Shown: one piece after another, positions 46,559-57,203 of the stretch
Layout: every line of letters starts with the position of its first letter
Numbering within the stretch: the first letter of the stretch is position 1
From: an uncultured Bacteroidota bacterium
Lineage (GTDB): Bacteria; Bacteroidota; Ignavibacteria; Kryptoniales; JAKASW01
Length of the DNA stretch: 64,000 bases
Reading direction: 5' to 3'
Assembly (NCBI GenBank): GCA_963703365.1
Contig: OY969815.1
Coordinates: 1,227,263-1,291,262, forward strand
Notes under the pieces: generated by a model
The model's input: only the letters and a program-made list of their open reading frames with translations
Databases searched by the model: none
What the model was told of the DNA's origin: nothing
Position numbers and translations under genes: made by a program

Positions 46559-48328
46559 ATGAATGAACAACCCCAAAAACCAGTAAAGCGGTACGTTTTC
46601 GATGACATTAGCTCGGAGTATTATGCCGAGTACGAAGAGCCGCAGGTGGTTTCCAGAAAAGACTCCTCCGGACTTCCCGAAAAAGAACTTGTCCCGCATA
46701 CGGGTTCTTCAACACGCCAGCCACAACTTTCCGTTGCACCTGAGCCTCAAAGAACTTTTGTGCCTAAGAAAGAAGGACCGCGGTTCAATATCATCGACAC
46801 ATTTTATTTCAAACCGGAGGAGCAATCTCCGGCAGAACCGAGAGCCGAATTCCATTCGATCCTTCACAAACTTTTGGAGTTAACACAAGAAGTCCTTTTT
46901 GCGAACACAACAGTTTTGTTTTGGGTTAACAAGGAGAAGCAATTATTGGCTCTTGCCGATAAAATGACAAACTCAAGTGCCTTCACGAAAGAATTGCGCC
47001 TGCCGATTGGTAACGATGTCATAAGCAGAATTGCAATGAGCGGCAAGCCGGAGATCATTTCAGAGATAAATCCTGCTGCTGAAGTCGACGTTGTACCATA
47101 TTATGAAGCGCCTGGTGGAGTAAAAAGTTTGATAGGTGTGCCGATATTTTATCGCGATGACGTGATTGCAGTCCTCGCCGCCGATAGTCTCACAGACGAA
47201 GGTTTCGGAAGAGAAACGGTTCCACTGTTGGGCAATTTCACGCGCTTGTTCTCAGCAATCTTGCGTGCTTTGGCTGACAAGTATGATCTTGGTGTGATCA
47301 AGACAACTTTCAATTCGCTAAAGTGGTTGGCGAACGAATTAATATCGAAAAGCGATCTGACTTCCGTTCTAACAACTTTGGTAACTGCCGTCTCGGACAT
47401 GGTTGATGCAGAATTCGTGGCCCTCATTAGTTCCAGAGGATCATCAGGGCAGAGTGATCTTCATTTTCCCGGCACGTTATCTTCGCCTTGGAGTGTATCT
47501 CGCGTGGTGAAACGTTCGGGAACCGAATACGTAGAAGAAGGCTGTAAGGTCAGCATCAGTGACACACTCATAGGAAAAGCGATGCGTGAGAATAGAGCGC
47601 TTTATTTGGAAGACCTGTCGAGGGTTGAAGAGCACCGGTTTAACCAAAGTGAACCGTCAGGTAAAGGTTCTTTCATGGTTATTCCCATTTCAGGCGTGAA
47701 CACATGCTTCGGCGCGATCGCGGTCGAAAGCCTGATGACCGCAAGATTTTCTTCACTTGAAGTGGATGGAATTAAACAGCTCGTAAATCTAGGTGCATTT
47801 GCGGCGGAAGTTAGCTCGGTTAACCAGCTTCTTGACAGATTTGTTGTGTTCGATAAGATAACCGGAACTCTGAATAAAAAATTTTTTCTCGAGAGACTTG
47901 AGGAAGAAATCGGCAGAGCTGCTGACCTCGGAATCAAAAGTGCTCTTGTCCTAATGGGACTTGACAGAGTCGATGATATAAGAAATAGATTTTCAATGGA
48001 AGGTGTCGATTACATACTTTCAGATGTTGCGGAGATGGTACGCGGATGGTTGAAACCCTACGATGCGATTGGAAAAGTTTCAGCTCATTCTTTCGGCATT
48101 CTCTTGGAAGGATTTTCACAGCATGAAGCATTAGCATGGGGAGAAAAATTCAGAAAAAATTTAGCTACAAAAGTTTACCCGATAGGAAGTAGAAACTACA
48201 TGGCAACGATCAGTGTTGCTGTTTTAAATGTAGATGGGAAAAACAATCCATCCGAGCTTCTTATGACGGCTCAGAAAGTTCTTCAGCGTGGTCACACAAG
48301 CGGCGGAAATGTCGTAAAAATTTTATAA
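46559..48328 (+). CDS. GAF-GAF-degenerate GGDEF protein
   Basis: Two GAF-like segments; D-x-x-TG-x-LN start of the GGDEF domain, but SAHSF at the active-site motif. Confidence 0.8.
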   Translation: MNEQPQKPVKRYVFDDISSEYYAEYEEPQVVSRKDSSGLPEKELVPHTGSSTRQPQLSVAPEPQRTFVPKKEGPRFNIIDTFYFKPEEQSPAEPRAEFHSILHKLLELTQEVLFANTTVLFWVNKEKQLLALADKMTNSSAFTKELRLPIGNDVISRIAMSGKPEIISEINPAAEVDVVPYYEAPGGVKSLIGVPIFYRDDVIAVLAADSLTDEGFGRETVPLLGNFTRLFSAILRALADKYDLGVIKTTFNSLKWLANELISKSDLTSVLTTLVTAVSDMVDAEFVALISSRGSSGQSDLHFPGTLSSPWSVSRVVKRSGTEYVEEGCKVSISDTLIGKAMRENRALYLEDLSRVEEHRFNQSEPSGKGSFMVIPISGVNTCFGAIAVESLMTARFSSLEVDGIKQLVNLGAFAAEVSSVNQLLDRFVVFDKITGTLNKKFFLERLEEEIGRAADLGIKSALVLMGLDRVDDIRNRFSMEGVDYILSDVAEMVRGWLKPYDAIGKVSAHSFGILLEGFSQHEALAWGEKFRKNLATKVYPIGSRNYMATISVAVLNVDGKNNPSELLMTAQKVLQRGHTSGGNVVKIL

Positions 48329-48345
48329 TAAAAGGAGAAAATAAA

Positions 48346-48543
48346 ATGGCAAAGACAACAAGTTTCGCAGAAAAAGCAGCCAAAGCAATGGCTGGTAAAA
48401 AAGGTTCGGAATGCCCAAAATGCGGTGGGATTATGCAAAACGTTCTCGTCATCTCGGCAGAGAAGAGCGAGAAAGCGAGTTACAAATACAACCAGCACCT
48501 CGTGAAAGTCTGCAAGTGTAACGAAAAGCAAGTTTATGCGTAG
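48346..48543 (+). CDS. Small basic zinc-ribbon-like protein
   Basis: AAGGAG RBS; CPKC … CKC. Confidence 0.75.
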   Translation: MAKTTSFAEKAAKAMAGKKGSECPKCGGIMQNVLVISAEKSEKASYKYNQHLVKVCKCNEKQVYA

Positions 48544-48548
48544 AACAC

Positions 48549-48610
48549 ATAGCTCATAACGGATGGCTGATGGCTCTTAATTATTTTATGAGCCATGAAT
48601 TATCAGATAT
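48549..48610. repeat. Inverted heptamer repeats (ATAGCTC/ATGGCTG … GAGCCAT/CAGATAT)
   Basis: Period-7 units in opposite orientations around a short AT-rich spacer. Confidence 0.6.
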
Positions 48611-48734
48611 TATGGGAGCACAATACAAATATTTTTTGTTAATAAATACACGATGGTTGATGTAAAGCGAAGTATGCGCAAAGAAGATAAACACGGAAAA
48701 TTTGGTCGCAGTGAAAAACAAATGAGGAAAATAG

Positions 48735-49592
48735 ATGATAAAAGTCGGTAAGCAATATCCTTCCCGCGAGAACCAAACGATCGATAAATATTTGCAGGAA
48801 ATTGGCAAAGTCGATCTCTTAACGCCGGAGGAGGAAATTGAGCTTGCGATTAAGGTTAGAGATAACGATCAGAAATCTCTGGAAAAATTGATCAAGGCAA
48901 ATTTGAGATTCGTGGTCAGCGTTGCGAAACAGTATCAAAACCAAGGACTATCGCTTGGCGATTTGATTAACGAAGGTAACCTCGGTTTGATAAAAGCGGC
49001 AAAGCGTTTTGATCCGACGCGGGGATTTAAATTCATCTCATACGCGGTATGGTGGATCAGGCAATCTATTTTACAGGCGCTGGCGGAACAATCGAGGATT
49101 GTACGTCTGCCGCTAAACCGCGTCGGCGCGCTGAATAAAATCGGAAAGAAATTCAGCGAACTCGAACAGGAATTCGAACGTGAGCCGAGCCCGTCCGAGA
49201 TAGCCGAGCAGCTTGACATGAGCCTTTATGAAGTTGACAAAACTCTTCAGATTTCCGGTAGACACCTTTCTGTGGACCAGCCGTTCGTTCAGGGAGAAGA
49301 TAACAAACTTCTTGATGTCATGGCTGATGACAACCAGCTTCCTCCTGATTACATATTAATGAAGGAATCGTTGCGAGCTGAAGTCGAACACGCTCTGAAG
49401 TCTTTGACCGATAGGGAAGCCGAGGTAATAAGGTTGTATTTTGGAATTGAACGCGAACATCCGCTGACGCTTGAAGAAATAGGCGAGAAATTTAATCTCA
49501 CCCGCGAGCGAGTGAGACAAATCAAAGAGAAAGCAATTCGCCGACTGAGACACGCCACAAGGAGCAAGGCACTGAGAGCGTACTTAGGATAG
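48735..49592 (+). CDS. rpoD: RNA polymerase sigma factor, RpoD/SigA family (short, no region 1.1)
   Basis: [20 protein letters not shown]-x-[19 protein letters not shown]…TRERVRQI. Confidence 0.93.
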   Translation: MIKVGKQYPSRENQTIDKYLQEIGKVDLLTPEEEIELAIKVRDNDQKSLEKLIKANLRFVVSVAKQYQNQGLSLGDLINEGNLGLIKAAKRFDPTRGFKFISYAVWWIRQSILQALAEQSRIVRLPLNRVGALNKIGKKFSELEQEFEREPSPSEIAEQLDMSLYEVDKTLQISGRHLSVDQPFVQGEDNKLLDVMADDNQLPPDYILMKESLRAEVEHALKSLTDREAEVIRLYFGIEREHPLTLEEIGEKFNLTRERVRQIKEKAIRRLRHATRSKALRAYLG

Positions 49593-49603
49593 TTCATAGC
49601 TCT

Positions 49604-51466
49604 ATGTTTTCTGCTCTGCAGGCAGCCAACATATTACTCTTAGAAGATTCGATGGAGTTGCGGAATGAATTATCGCGGCTCTTGCATTCTTCGAAGTTTG
49701 GATTTTCTGTTGACTCGCTGCCGAGCTCAGTAGGATTTACTAAAAGGCTGAGCTCAGGAAAATACCATGCCATGATCGTCGATTACGACCTTTCGGTTGG
49801 GGATGTGTCTGCACTCTTCAAGACAGCTAAAGAGATAGATCCATTTCTTCCAACCATCTTAATCTCAAAAATTTTTTCCGACGGCATTTTCAAGGAAGCA
49901 CCGCAGATGGACGCAGATGCTTATGTCCCATTAACCAGCATTTCCAGGAAAATGTTTCCCAAAATTGTGATGAAGGCAATCAAAGGGAAAAGCTTTGCCC
50001 GAGAAGCACTGGATTATGGATCCCGATCGGTTCTGAAATCATACCAGATAGATATCATAGCCTCTCTGGTTCGGAAGATGGTCGAGACCGGCGATTTGAA
50101 ATCTGTAATGCAGGAGCATGCGGAACAGGTTGTCAAAAAACTCGACATGAAAGTTGTAAGCCTACAGAGATTTTTTGAACGCGAAAATGGATTCGCAGTG
50201 TATGGAATTTATCCGCGGGGTAAATTGGTGAAACTTGCACAAAAGTTTTTCGGGGTTTCTCTGGATAACTTTGTATTTCCCTTTGATCCTGAGCATTGTG
50301 TGGTTGATCAATACACCGCTTCAAGAAAACCGTGAGTCGGGGCAGATTTCGCGGATGTATTCGGCACGACAATGCCATCTCAAGCCGCGAGGATGATCCA
50401 AAAATTTGCAGGTGTCAAGTCTATTTACAATGCTCCATTTTACGGCAACGATCATTTGTTGGGCGGAATTGTTGTCGGGAATATTCGCGAAAGTTTTACT
50501 GCCGAAGAACTGGAAGCATTCGCTGCAATTGTACACGTAAGCTCGCTTTTATTCGAATACAACGAAAGTGTCAAGTCTCAAATTATTCAGAACCAGAAAC
50601 TCAAAGCGATCCATGAAATCAGTATACAACTGCATGAACAGTTTGAGCCCGGTAAGCTATTTCAAATCATTCACGAAAAGCTTAGCAGTTTGATTCCGTC
50701 CGATGTTTTTCGACTTTTTCTTTATGATGAACAGAAGCAGCTTCTCAGTGAAGAGAAAGGAGCTATCCACGAACGGAAAGCTTCTCGCTTCACACCGTCG
50801 GAGATTCCTTTTGGGAACGGCTTGATAGGCGGGGCCGCCGCAGAAATTAGATCTGTCATTGAGAATGACGCTCATTTAAATCCGCTGTCAGTATTTGCAT
50901 CCGGGAGACCAAAGCTCGAGCACTTGTTAGCCGTTCCGGTTACACACGGCGGCAGGTTTCTTGGAATGATTGCTCTGGAGCGTCTTAGGGGTAGACCGTT
51001 TGAAAAATCCGATCTGTTTGTCCTTGAAATATTTGCTTCACAGTTAGCCACGGCGCTTCACAATTCTCGTTTGTACGACAACCTTTTGCGAAGTGAAAAT
51101 CTGTACCGTCTTGTTCTAAACAACGTGAATGATTCTGCTGTTTTGTTGGGAACGGATAAAAAATTTTTATTTGTCAATCCAAAGTTTGAAGATGCATCGG
51201 GGTACAAGCCGGAAGAAGTGCTTGGCAGAGAGTTTGACTTTCTTATTCACCATGACGATCTTCCCATTATAAAGAATTATTACAAAGAACGAATCGACGG
51301 AAGGAATGCCCCCAACCAGTATAGTTTTCGGTTTGTGAAAAAGAATGGAGAAGTAAGGACTGTTGAGTACAATGTCGCTGCGATCTCCGAAAGAGGAAAA
51401 ATAGCGGGGCTCCTTGGAGTTGCTAGAGATATTACAAACAGCTTATATCGCATAAATGATATCTAA
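49604..51466 (+). pseudogene. REC-GAF-GAF-PAS signalling protein split by one in-frame TGA (50333-50335)
   Basis: ORFs 49604-50335 and 50372-51466 share a frame and the 36 nt between them are open (VGADFADVFGTT); the stop falls inside a GAF-like domain. Confidence 0.7.
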
Positions 51467-51944
51467 CCTGGTGCAGGGAAGTCAAAGTAAGATAAGTGAT
51501 ATTGTTCACTTAATTTATTTAAAATCCATAAAAAACGCCTTTTTTAGAAGATTTTTCTCCTCGGGATTTTCATTTTTTTGTACCATCATTTGCATTTAAT
51601 ACTCTGAAAGAGTTATCATATATATGCAAATAACAGTACACCGTTGTTTGCGCCATGCTGCGAAAGCGGCAGCCGCATTCTTGGAAAATTATTGAGCGGC
51701 AGTGATGATTCGGTCATCTCTTTTATAGGTTGTAGCTGCACGTGGTAAGACTCCGGAGAGTTTTGGGTTTTACCAGATGTAATTCCCCGTGTGTTGGCTC
51801 CGTTGCACGGATTCTACACGAGGCGCAGCATCGCATGCAGAGGTGAAGGAAGAAATTCTTTCATCAGCAATTCTGTATTAGCCAAGAACATCTGGCGCGA
51901 CGGCTCGGGTACATTTTTAGAAACATTATCGAAAGGATCCAGCA

Positions 51945-52145
51945 ATGGAGCAAGGAACCGTGAAGTGGTTCAATGCAACCAAAGGATACGGCTTCATCTC
52001 TCGCGAAGGCGGGGACGATGTGTTCGTTCATTTCAAAGCCATTATCGGCGACGGCTATAAGACTTTGAAAGAAGGCGACAAGGTTCAATTTGAAGTTGAA
52101 CAAGGCCCCAAAGGTTTGCAAGCGGCCAAAGTTAAGAAAATCTGA
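51945..52145 (+). CDS. cspA: Cold-shock protein
   Basis: GTVKWFN-x-x-KGYGFI, DVFVHF, GPKG-x-QA. Confidence 0.95.
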   Translation: MEQGTVKWFNATKGYGFISREGGDDVFVHFKAIIGDGYKTLKEGDKVQFEVEQGPKGLQAAKVKKI

Positions 52146-52183
52146 AACCGCCAAAGCTTCTGTCGAAGTAGCTACTTCGAAGG

Positions 52184-52220
52184 AATCCCGATTGACAAGC
52201 TGTCAGTCGGGATTTTTTTT
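52184..52220 (+). terminator. Rho-independent terminator after cspA
   Basis: AATCCCGATTGACA-AGC-TGTCAGTCGGGATT followed by a T run. Confidence 0.85.
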
Positions 52221-52320
52221 CGGGATTTTGACTCCGAATGACAATTGGGCGATGAATCTGCGAAATAATCAAGTAACATTTGATCCGTTGTATCGTAACT
52301 CTCTAAAAAGGAGTTCGAAT

Positions 52321-52779
52321 ATGGAACGCAGGTTATATCGTTCGAGAAAGAACAAGATCATTGCGGGAGTGGCTGGCGGACTCGGCGAGTATTTTGACAT
52401 CGACCCGGTATTCGTGAGAGTTATTTTTGTCGTGGCAACTCTCGCAGGCGCATCTGGTTTATTGGCCTATATCATTCTATGGATTGTAGTGCCGAGAGAA
52501 AGAATAATATTTCAACCAACAACACAAACGGCGCAAGGAGAAAGTAATATGGAACAGAAAAATATGAATTACAATTATGGATCCCGAAGACATCGCGGCA
52601 GCATCGTTGGCGGGATTGTCTTAGTAGTTCTTGGCGGGCTTTTCTTGGCTGACAATTATCTACCGCATTTCAGTTTTTCCGATACGTGGCCGTTGATTCT
52701 TGTTGCGATCGGAATCGGTCTGATCTTCAATTCCGTGCGAAGAGAGGAAGAGAAAGGGGAACATCATGAGAGTCAGTAG
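52321..52779 (+). CDS. PspC-domain membrane protein with a LiaI/LiaF-like TM hairpin
   Basis: RLYRSRKNKIIAGVAGGLGEYFDIDP; AAGGAG RBS before ATG 52321. Confidence 0.9.
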   Translation: MERRLYRSRKNKIIAGVAGGLGEYFDIDPVFVRVIFVVATLAGASGLLAYIILWIVVPRERIIFQPTTQTAQGESNMEQKNMNYNYGSRRHRGSIVGGIVLVVLGGLFLADNYLPHFSFSDTWPLILVAIGIGLIFNSVRREEEKGEHHESQ

Positions 52780-53674
52780 AATTTTTGCAGGCTTGTTGAT
52801 AATACTTCTCGGCATTGCATTGTTTTTATCAAACTTTGATGTCTTGACGATGAACTGGCATTTTATCTTCAGGCTTTGGCCAATACTCCTTGTGTTTGCG
52901 GGAATATCCGTGCTTGTTTCAAATTCAAAATTAAAAGCTGTGTTGTATGCGGTTACTGCCATTCTCGTCCTCGTTTGGGTCTTTTCAGTAGCCTCGGCCG
53001 GCTGGGGAAACTTCCATGGTATCTTCCACGGCGGATTGAGACATGCGCACTTGCAGCACTTCACTGAGAATTTCGACAAGGATGTCCGTCGTGCTGTCCT
53101 GACTATAAATGCGGGCGCGGGATCGATTTTTATTAATGACACCACGAATGAGTTGCTCGACGCAAACACCGAATCCAATATCGGTAACTATTCTTTGGAT
53201 GTAGACAAGAACGTTCACACCGAAAATTTAGATTTGACAATGGAGAAAAGAGAAGAGCACTGGTTTTTCGAAAGCGAGAAGAACAAGGTCGATATTAAAC
53301 TAAATCCAATTCCCGATTGGAAATTGGACATGGATGTTGGCGCTTGTTCCTTGGATTTTGATCTAAGCCCGTATGTTATCAGTTCGGCAGATCTGAAAGC
53401 GGGAGCCTCCTCGATAAAAATTCGGTTAGGCGACAGATCAGACACGACACAACTCAGCATAAACGCCGGCGTTTCATCAATTTCGATTTATGTTCCCGAA
53501 AGTTCGGGATGTCAAATTAGAGATGAAGCAAAACTGTCGAGCAAATCATACACGGATTTTGTGAAATTTGATGACGGCTTATACAAAACCGCAAACTTCG
53601 AAAGCTCAAAAAAGAAAATATTTATTGATATAGAAGCGGGTGTGTCTTCGATAAAGGTCAGTCGGTATCAATAA
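52766..53674 (+). CDS. LiaF/DUF5668-like membrane protein with a beta-solenoid (toast-rack) domain
   Basis: WP-x-LL TM motif; repeated I-x-AG-x-x-SI-x-I. Confidence 0.75.
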   Translation: MRVSRIFAGLLIILLGIALFLSNFDVLTMNWHFIFRLWPILLVFAGISVLVSNSKLKAVLYAVTAILVLVWVFSVASAGWGNFHGIFHGGLRHAHLQHFTENFDKDVRRAVLTINAGAGSIFINDTTNELLDANTESNIGNYSLDVDKNVHTENLDLTMEKREEHWFFESEKNKVDIKLNPIPDWKLDMDVGACSLDFDLSPYVISSADLKAGASSIKIRLGDRSDTTQLSINAGVSSISIYVPESSGCQIRDEAKLSSKSYTDFVKFDDGLYKTANFESSKKKIFIDIEAGVSSIKVSRYQ

Positions 53675-53772
53675 TGCAAGCGTACATGCAAAAAGAATTG
53701 AGGCACGTAAATGTAAAGAAGCATTTCGTGCCTTTGTTCATTTGAGCCATTCTTCTTATTTTTTATAAAACC

Positions 53773-56700
53773 ATGGAGATGTTAATGAAGAAAATTGTTG
53801 TTCTGCTTGCCCCACTGCCGTTTCTGTTCTTGAATGCTTTTGCTGCCAATGAAGCGAGGCTCCTAAGATTTCCAACTATTTACAATGACAAAGTCGCATT
53901 TGTATATGCCGGGGATATCTACGAAGTCTCCTCGCAAGGTGGAACAGCACGACGGCTCACTTCCGATCCGGGGCTCGAATTATTTCCTCGATTTAGTCCC
54001 GACGGCAAGTGGATCGCATTCACCGGACAATACGACGGCAATTTCAATGTCTATGTTATGCCGAGTGAAGGGGGACAACCAAAACAATTAACATTTAGAC
54101 AAGATGCTGAACAAGTTCCGGAAAGATTCGGACCAAACGACGAAGTCATATCATGGACTCCAGACGGAAACAATATTTTATTCCTTTCACGAAACGAGGC
54201 ATTTACATCATGGTTCGGAAAACTTTTCACTGTTTCGCTTAACGGCGGAATGCCAGTTGAATTTCCCGTTCCAAAAGGCGGCTTGCTGAGCTTCTCGCCG
54301 GATGGGAATAAATTTGCATACAACCGTATTTTCAGAGATTTTCGAACGTGGAAAAGATATTACGGTGGGCTTGCACAGGACATTTACATCCATGATATGA
54401 AAACTATGGATGAAGAAAAAATCACCGACTGGAAGGGAACCGACAAGAATCCAATGTGGTACAAAAATACGATTTACTTTCTCTCGGATCGTGATACTGA
54501 CCATCGCATGAACATTTGGGCTTACGACGTGAACTCGAGGCAAACAATACAAGTAACCACTTTCACGGATTACGATTGCAACTGGGCATCGCTTGGACTG
54601 GACGCTATTGTATTCGAAAACGGTGGTTATCTTTATGTGCTCAATTTGGCAGACGAGAAAGTTCACAGGCTTGAAATCTCAATCCCGAACGACGAAACGC
54701 TCGGAATGTCGAACTGGGTCGATGCGAGCAAGAACATCAACAGCTTTGATATTTCGCCTGATGGTGAGCGGGCGGTATTTGAGGCAAGGGGGGACATCTT
54801 TACTCTGCCGAAGGAAAACGGCAACACGCGCGATATAACAAATACATCAGACGCTGACGAAAAAAACCCTTCCTGGTCGCCCGATGGAAAATATGTTGAG
54901 TACATTTCCGACAAGACCGGCGAAGAGGAAATTTATTTGCGCGAAGATAAACCGAACTCAGACGAAATTCAGATTACCCACGATAACAAGGCTTATCTTT
55001 ACCAGCCACTTTGGTCCCCGGATAGCAAGAAATTGTTGTATTCGGATGCAAGCTTGAACTTGTGGTACGTTGATATTACAAATAAGGAGAAAGTCCTGAT
55101 CGACAGAGATTCCGTTCAGGAGTTCACCGATTATTCATGGTCTCCCGACAGCCGCTTTGTAACTTACGCGAAGCATCACAAGACAGGTTTTACATCGATA
55201 AATATTTATTCTTTGCAAGACAAGAAAATCCATGAGGTAACGAATGGTTTCACAAATGATTACGATCCGATTTTCGATTCGGCAGGAAAGTACCTAATAT
55301 TTTTGTCCGACCGAAAATTTAACGGCGTAATCGGAAGTTTTGATATGGAGTTCACCGACACCAAGACAACCGGAATTTACATCGCGACTTTGCAGGCAGA
55401 CAGCGCGTCGCCATTTGCGCCGAAGAATGATGAAGTGAAGGTGACCAGCCCGAAGCCTGAGAAGGCAAGCGCGGATACACAGACGCAAGCGGCAAAGACC
55501 AAGAAACCAAGTGATATACATATTGATTTCGAAAATCTCGGTGGACGTGCTGTTGAGGTTCCTATTCCGGCGAACAATGTTGCGGGTTTGAGAGAAGCAT
55601 CGAGCAAAATATTTTACATGACCCAACCGACATCAGGGTTATCAGGCAATGCTTCCGGTGAAAAGCCAGCGCTGCACTGCTATGATCTTGGTGAAAGAAA
55701 AGATACGGAGATGCTTTCGCCGATCGATGGATATGATCTATCATCAAACGGCGAGAAAATAATTTATAAAAGTGATAAGACTTACGGGATAATCGACGCA
55801 AAGCCAGACGAACACAAAGTCGGCGACGGAGGACTGAGTCTTTCGAACATGAAAAAGTTTGTGAATTTCCACGACGAGTGGACGGAAATGTTCGATCAAG
55901 TATGGCGTCTCGAAAGACAATTTTTCTATTCGCCCGAAATGAACGGTGTGGATTGGAAAGCAATCAAGAAAAAATACGAAGTGCTTTTGCCTTATGTGAA
56001 CAACAGGTATGATTTGACTTATATCATCGGTGAGATGATCGGCGAGCTTGGGAATTCACACACTTATGTCGGCGGCGGATATTATCCCGAAAAAGAAAAG
56101 ATTGAGACGGGATTGTTAGGCGCCGATTATGTTCTCGACCAATCAAGCGGCTATTACAGGATAGATAAGATTCTGGTTGGGCTTAACACTGACCCGAATC
56201 GGCGGTCGCCGCTGACGATGCCGGGAATGAACGTCCATGAAGGTGATTACATTTTATCGATCAATAATTCACCGGCAAAATTTCCTGTCAGCATAGATAG
56301 CCTTCTTGAAAATACCGTCCGTTCGACAGTAACGCTGCTTGTCAACTCCAAACCCGATGCGAAAGGTGCATGGACTGTCGAAGTTAATCCAATAGCGAGC
56401 GAATTAACCTTGCGCTACAACGATATGATCGTTCACAACCGTGAACTTGTCGATAGTATTTCCGGCGGAAAAATCGGATACGTGTATCTTCCGGATATGG
56501 ATGCCGACGGTCTAAACGCATTTGTGGAGCAATTTTATCCGCAAGTTCGCAAAGACGGATTGATAATTGATGAGCGATACAATGGCGGTGGTTTCGTGGA
56601 TCAACTGATTCTCGAAAGGCTCAGACGAATTCTTGTTGGAATGGAGATGTCACGCAATGGTGAACCCGGTACAACGCCTGCACCGGTCTTTGATGGTTAC

Positions 56701-57081
56701 ATGGCATGTTTGATAAACGAGTATTCCGCATCGGACGGTGATGTTTTCCCTTATTATTTCCGCAAATATAATCTCGGCCCGCTGATTGGTAAGAGAACTT
56801 GGGGCGGTGTGAGAGGGATTCGCGGATACACATCGCTAGTCGATGGCGGCTATGTCACGATGCCTGAATTCTCTACGTATGGCCTAAAGAGCGAGTGGAT
56901 AATGGAGAACCACGGCGTCAATCCTGACATTGAAGTCGATCAAACTCCGAAGCTTGTCATGGAGGGAAGCGATCCGCAAATGGAAACGGCAATCAAATAT
57001 TTGTTGGATGAAATTAAGAAAGCTCCGAAGCAACTTCCGCCATTGCCGCCTTACATGCCGGCGTATCCACCGGAAAAGTGA
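53773..57081 (+). CDS. Tricorn protease (S41) homolog
   Basis: PD40 propeller repeats, GEL-x-x-SH, PDZ, D-x-RYNGGG, SASDGD, RTWGGV, ENHGV-x-PD. Confidence 0.95.
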   Translation: MEMLMKKIVVLLAPLPFLFLNAFAANEARLLRFPTIYNDKVAFVYAGDIYEVSSQGGTARRLTSDPGLELFPRFSPDGKWIAFTGQYDGNFNVYVMPSEGGQPKQLTFRQDAEQVPERFGPNDEVISWTPDGNNILFLSRNEAFTSWFGKLFTVSLNGGMPVEFPVPKGGLLSFSPDGNKFAYNRIFRDFRTWKRYYGGLAQDIYIHDMKTMDEEKITDWKGTDKNPMWYKNTIYFLSDRDTDHRMNIWAYDVNSRQTIQVTTFTDYDCNWASLGLDAIVFENGGYLYVLNLADEKVHRLEISIPNDETLGMSNWVDASKNINSFDISPDGERAVFEARGDIFTLPKENGNTRDITNTSDADEKNPSWSPDGKYVEYISDKTGEEEIYLREDKPNSDEIQITHDNKAYLYQPLWSPDSKKLLYSDASLNLWYVDITNKEKVLIDRDSVQEFTDYSWSPDSRFVTYAKHHKTGFTSINIYSLQDKKIHEVTNGFTNDYDPIFDSAGKYLIFLSDRKFNGVIGSFDMEFTDTKTTGIYIATLQADSASPFAPKNDEVKVTSPKPEKASADTQTQAAKTKKPSDIHIDFENLGGRAVEVPIPANNVAGLREASSKIFYMTQPTSGLSGNASGEKPALHCYDLGERKDTEMLSPIDGYDLSSNGEKIIYKSDKTYGIIDAKPDEHKVGDGGLSLSNMKKFVNFHDEWTEMFDQVWRLERQFFYSPEMNGVDWKAIKKKYEVLLPYVNNRYDLTYIIGEMIGELGNSHTYVGGGYYPEKEKIETGLLGADYVLDQSSGYYRIDKILVGLNTDPNRRSPLTMPGMNVHEGDYILSINNSPAKFPVSIDSLLENTVRSTVTLLVNSKPDAKGAWTVEVNPIASELTLRYNDMIVHNRELVDSISGGKIGYVYLPDMDADGLNAFVEQFYPQVRKDGLIIDERYNGGGFVDQLILERLRRILVGMEMSRNGEPGTTPAPVFDGYMACLINEYSASDGDVFPYYFRKYNLGPLIGKRTWGGVRGIRGYTSLVDGGYVTMPEFSTYGLKSEWIMENHGVNPDIEVDQTPKLVMEGSDPQMETAIKYLLDEIKKAPKQLPPLPPYMPAYPPEK

Positions 57082-57160
57082 TTTGCAGGTAAGTAATAGA
57101 CACAAGAGGGACATGAGCACAAAGTCATGTCATGCCTCTTTGTGTCCCTTGTGCCTCGTA

Positions 57161-57190
57161 TGAGCCGTAGGCTCACCAGCCTCGGGCTGA
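57161..57190 (-). repeat. 30-bp twin-hairpin element, intergenic, reverse orientation
   Basis: TGAGCC-GTA-GGCTCA + CCAGCC-TCG-GGCTGA. Confidence 0.85.
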
Positions 57191-57203
57191 GAAGATCGAA
57201 TCA

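Noticed and set aside
50333-50371. Selenocysteine codon with SECIS
   Set aside because: The context is a GAF-like domain rather than a redox motif, the downstream hairpin is weak, and Trp (TGG) fits KP-W-VG
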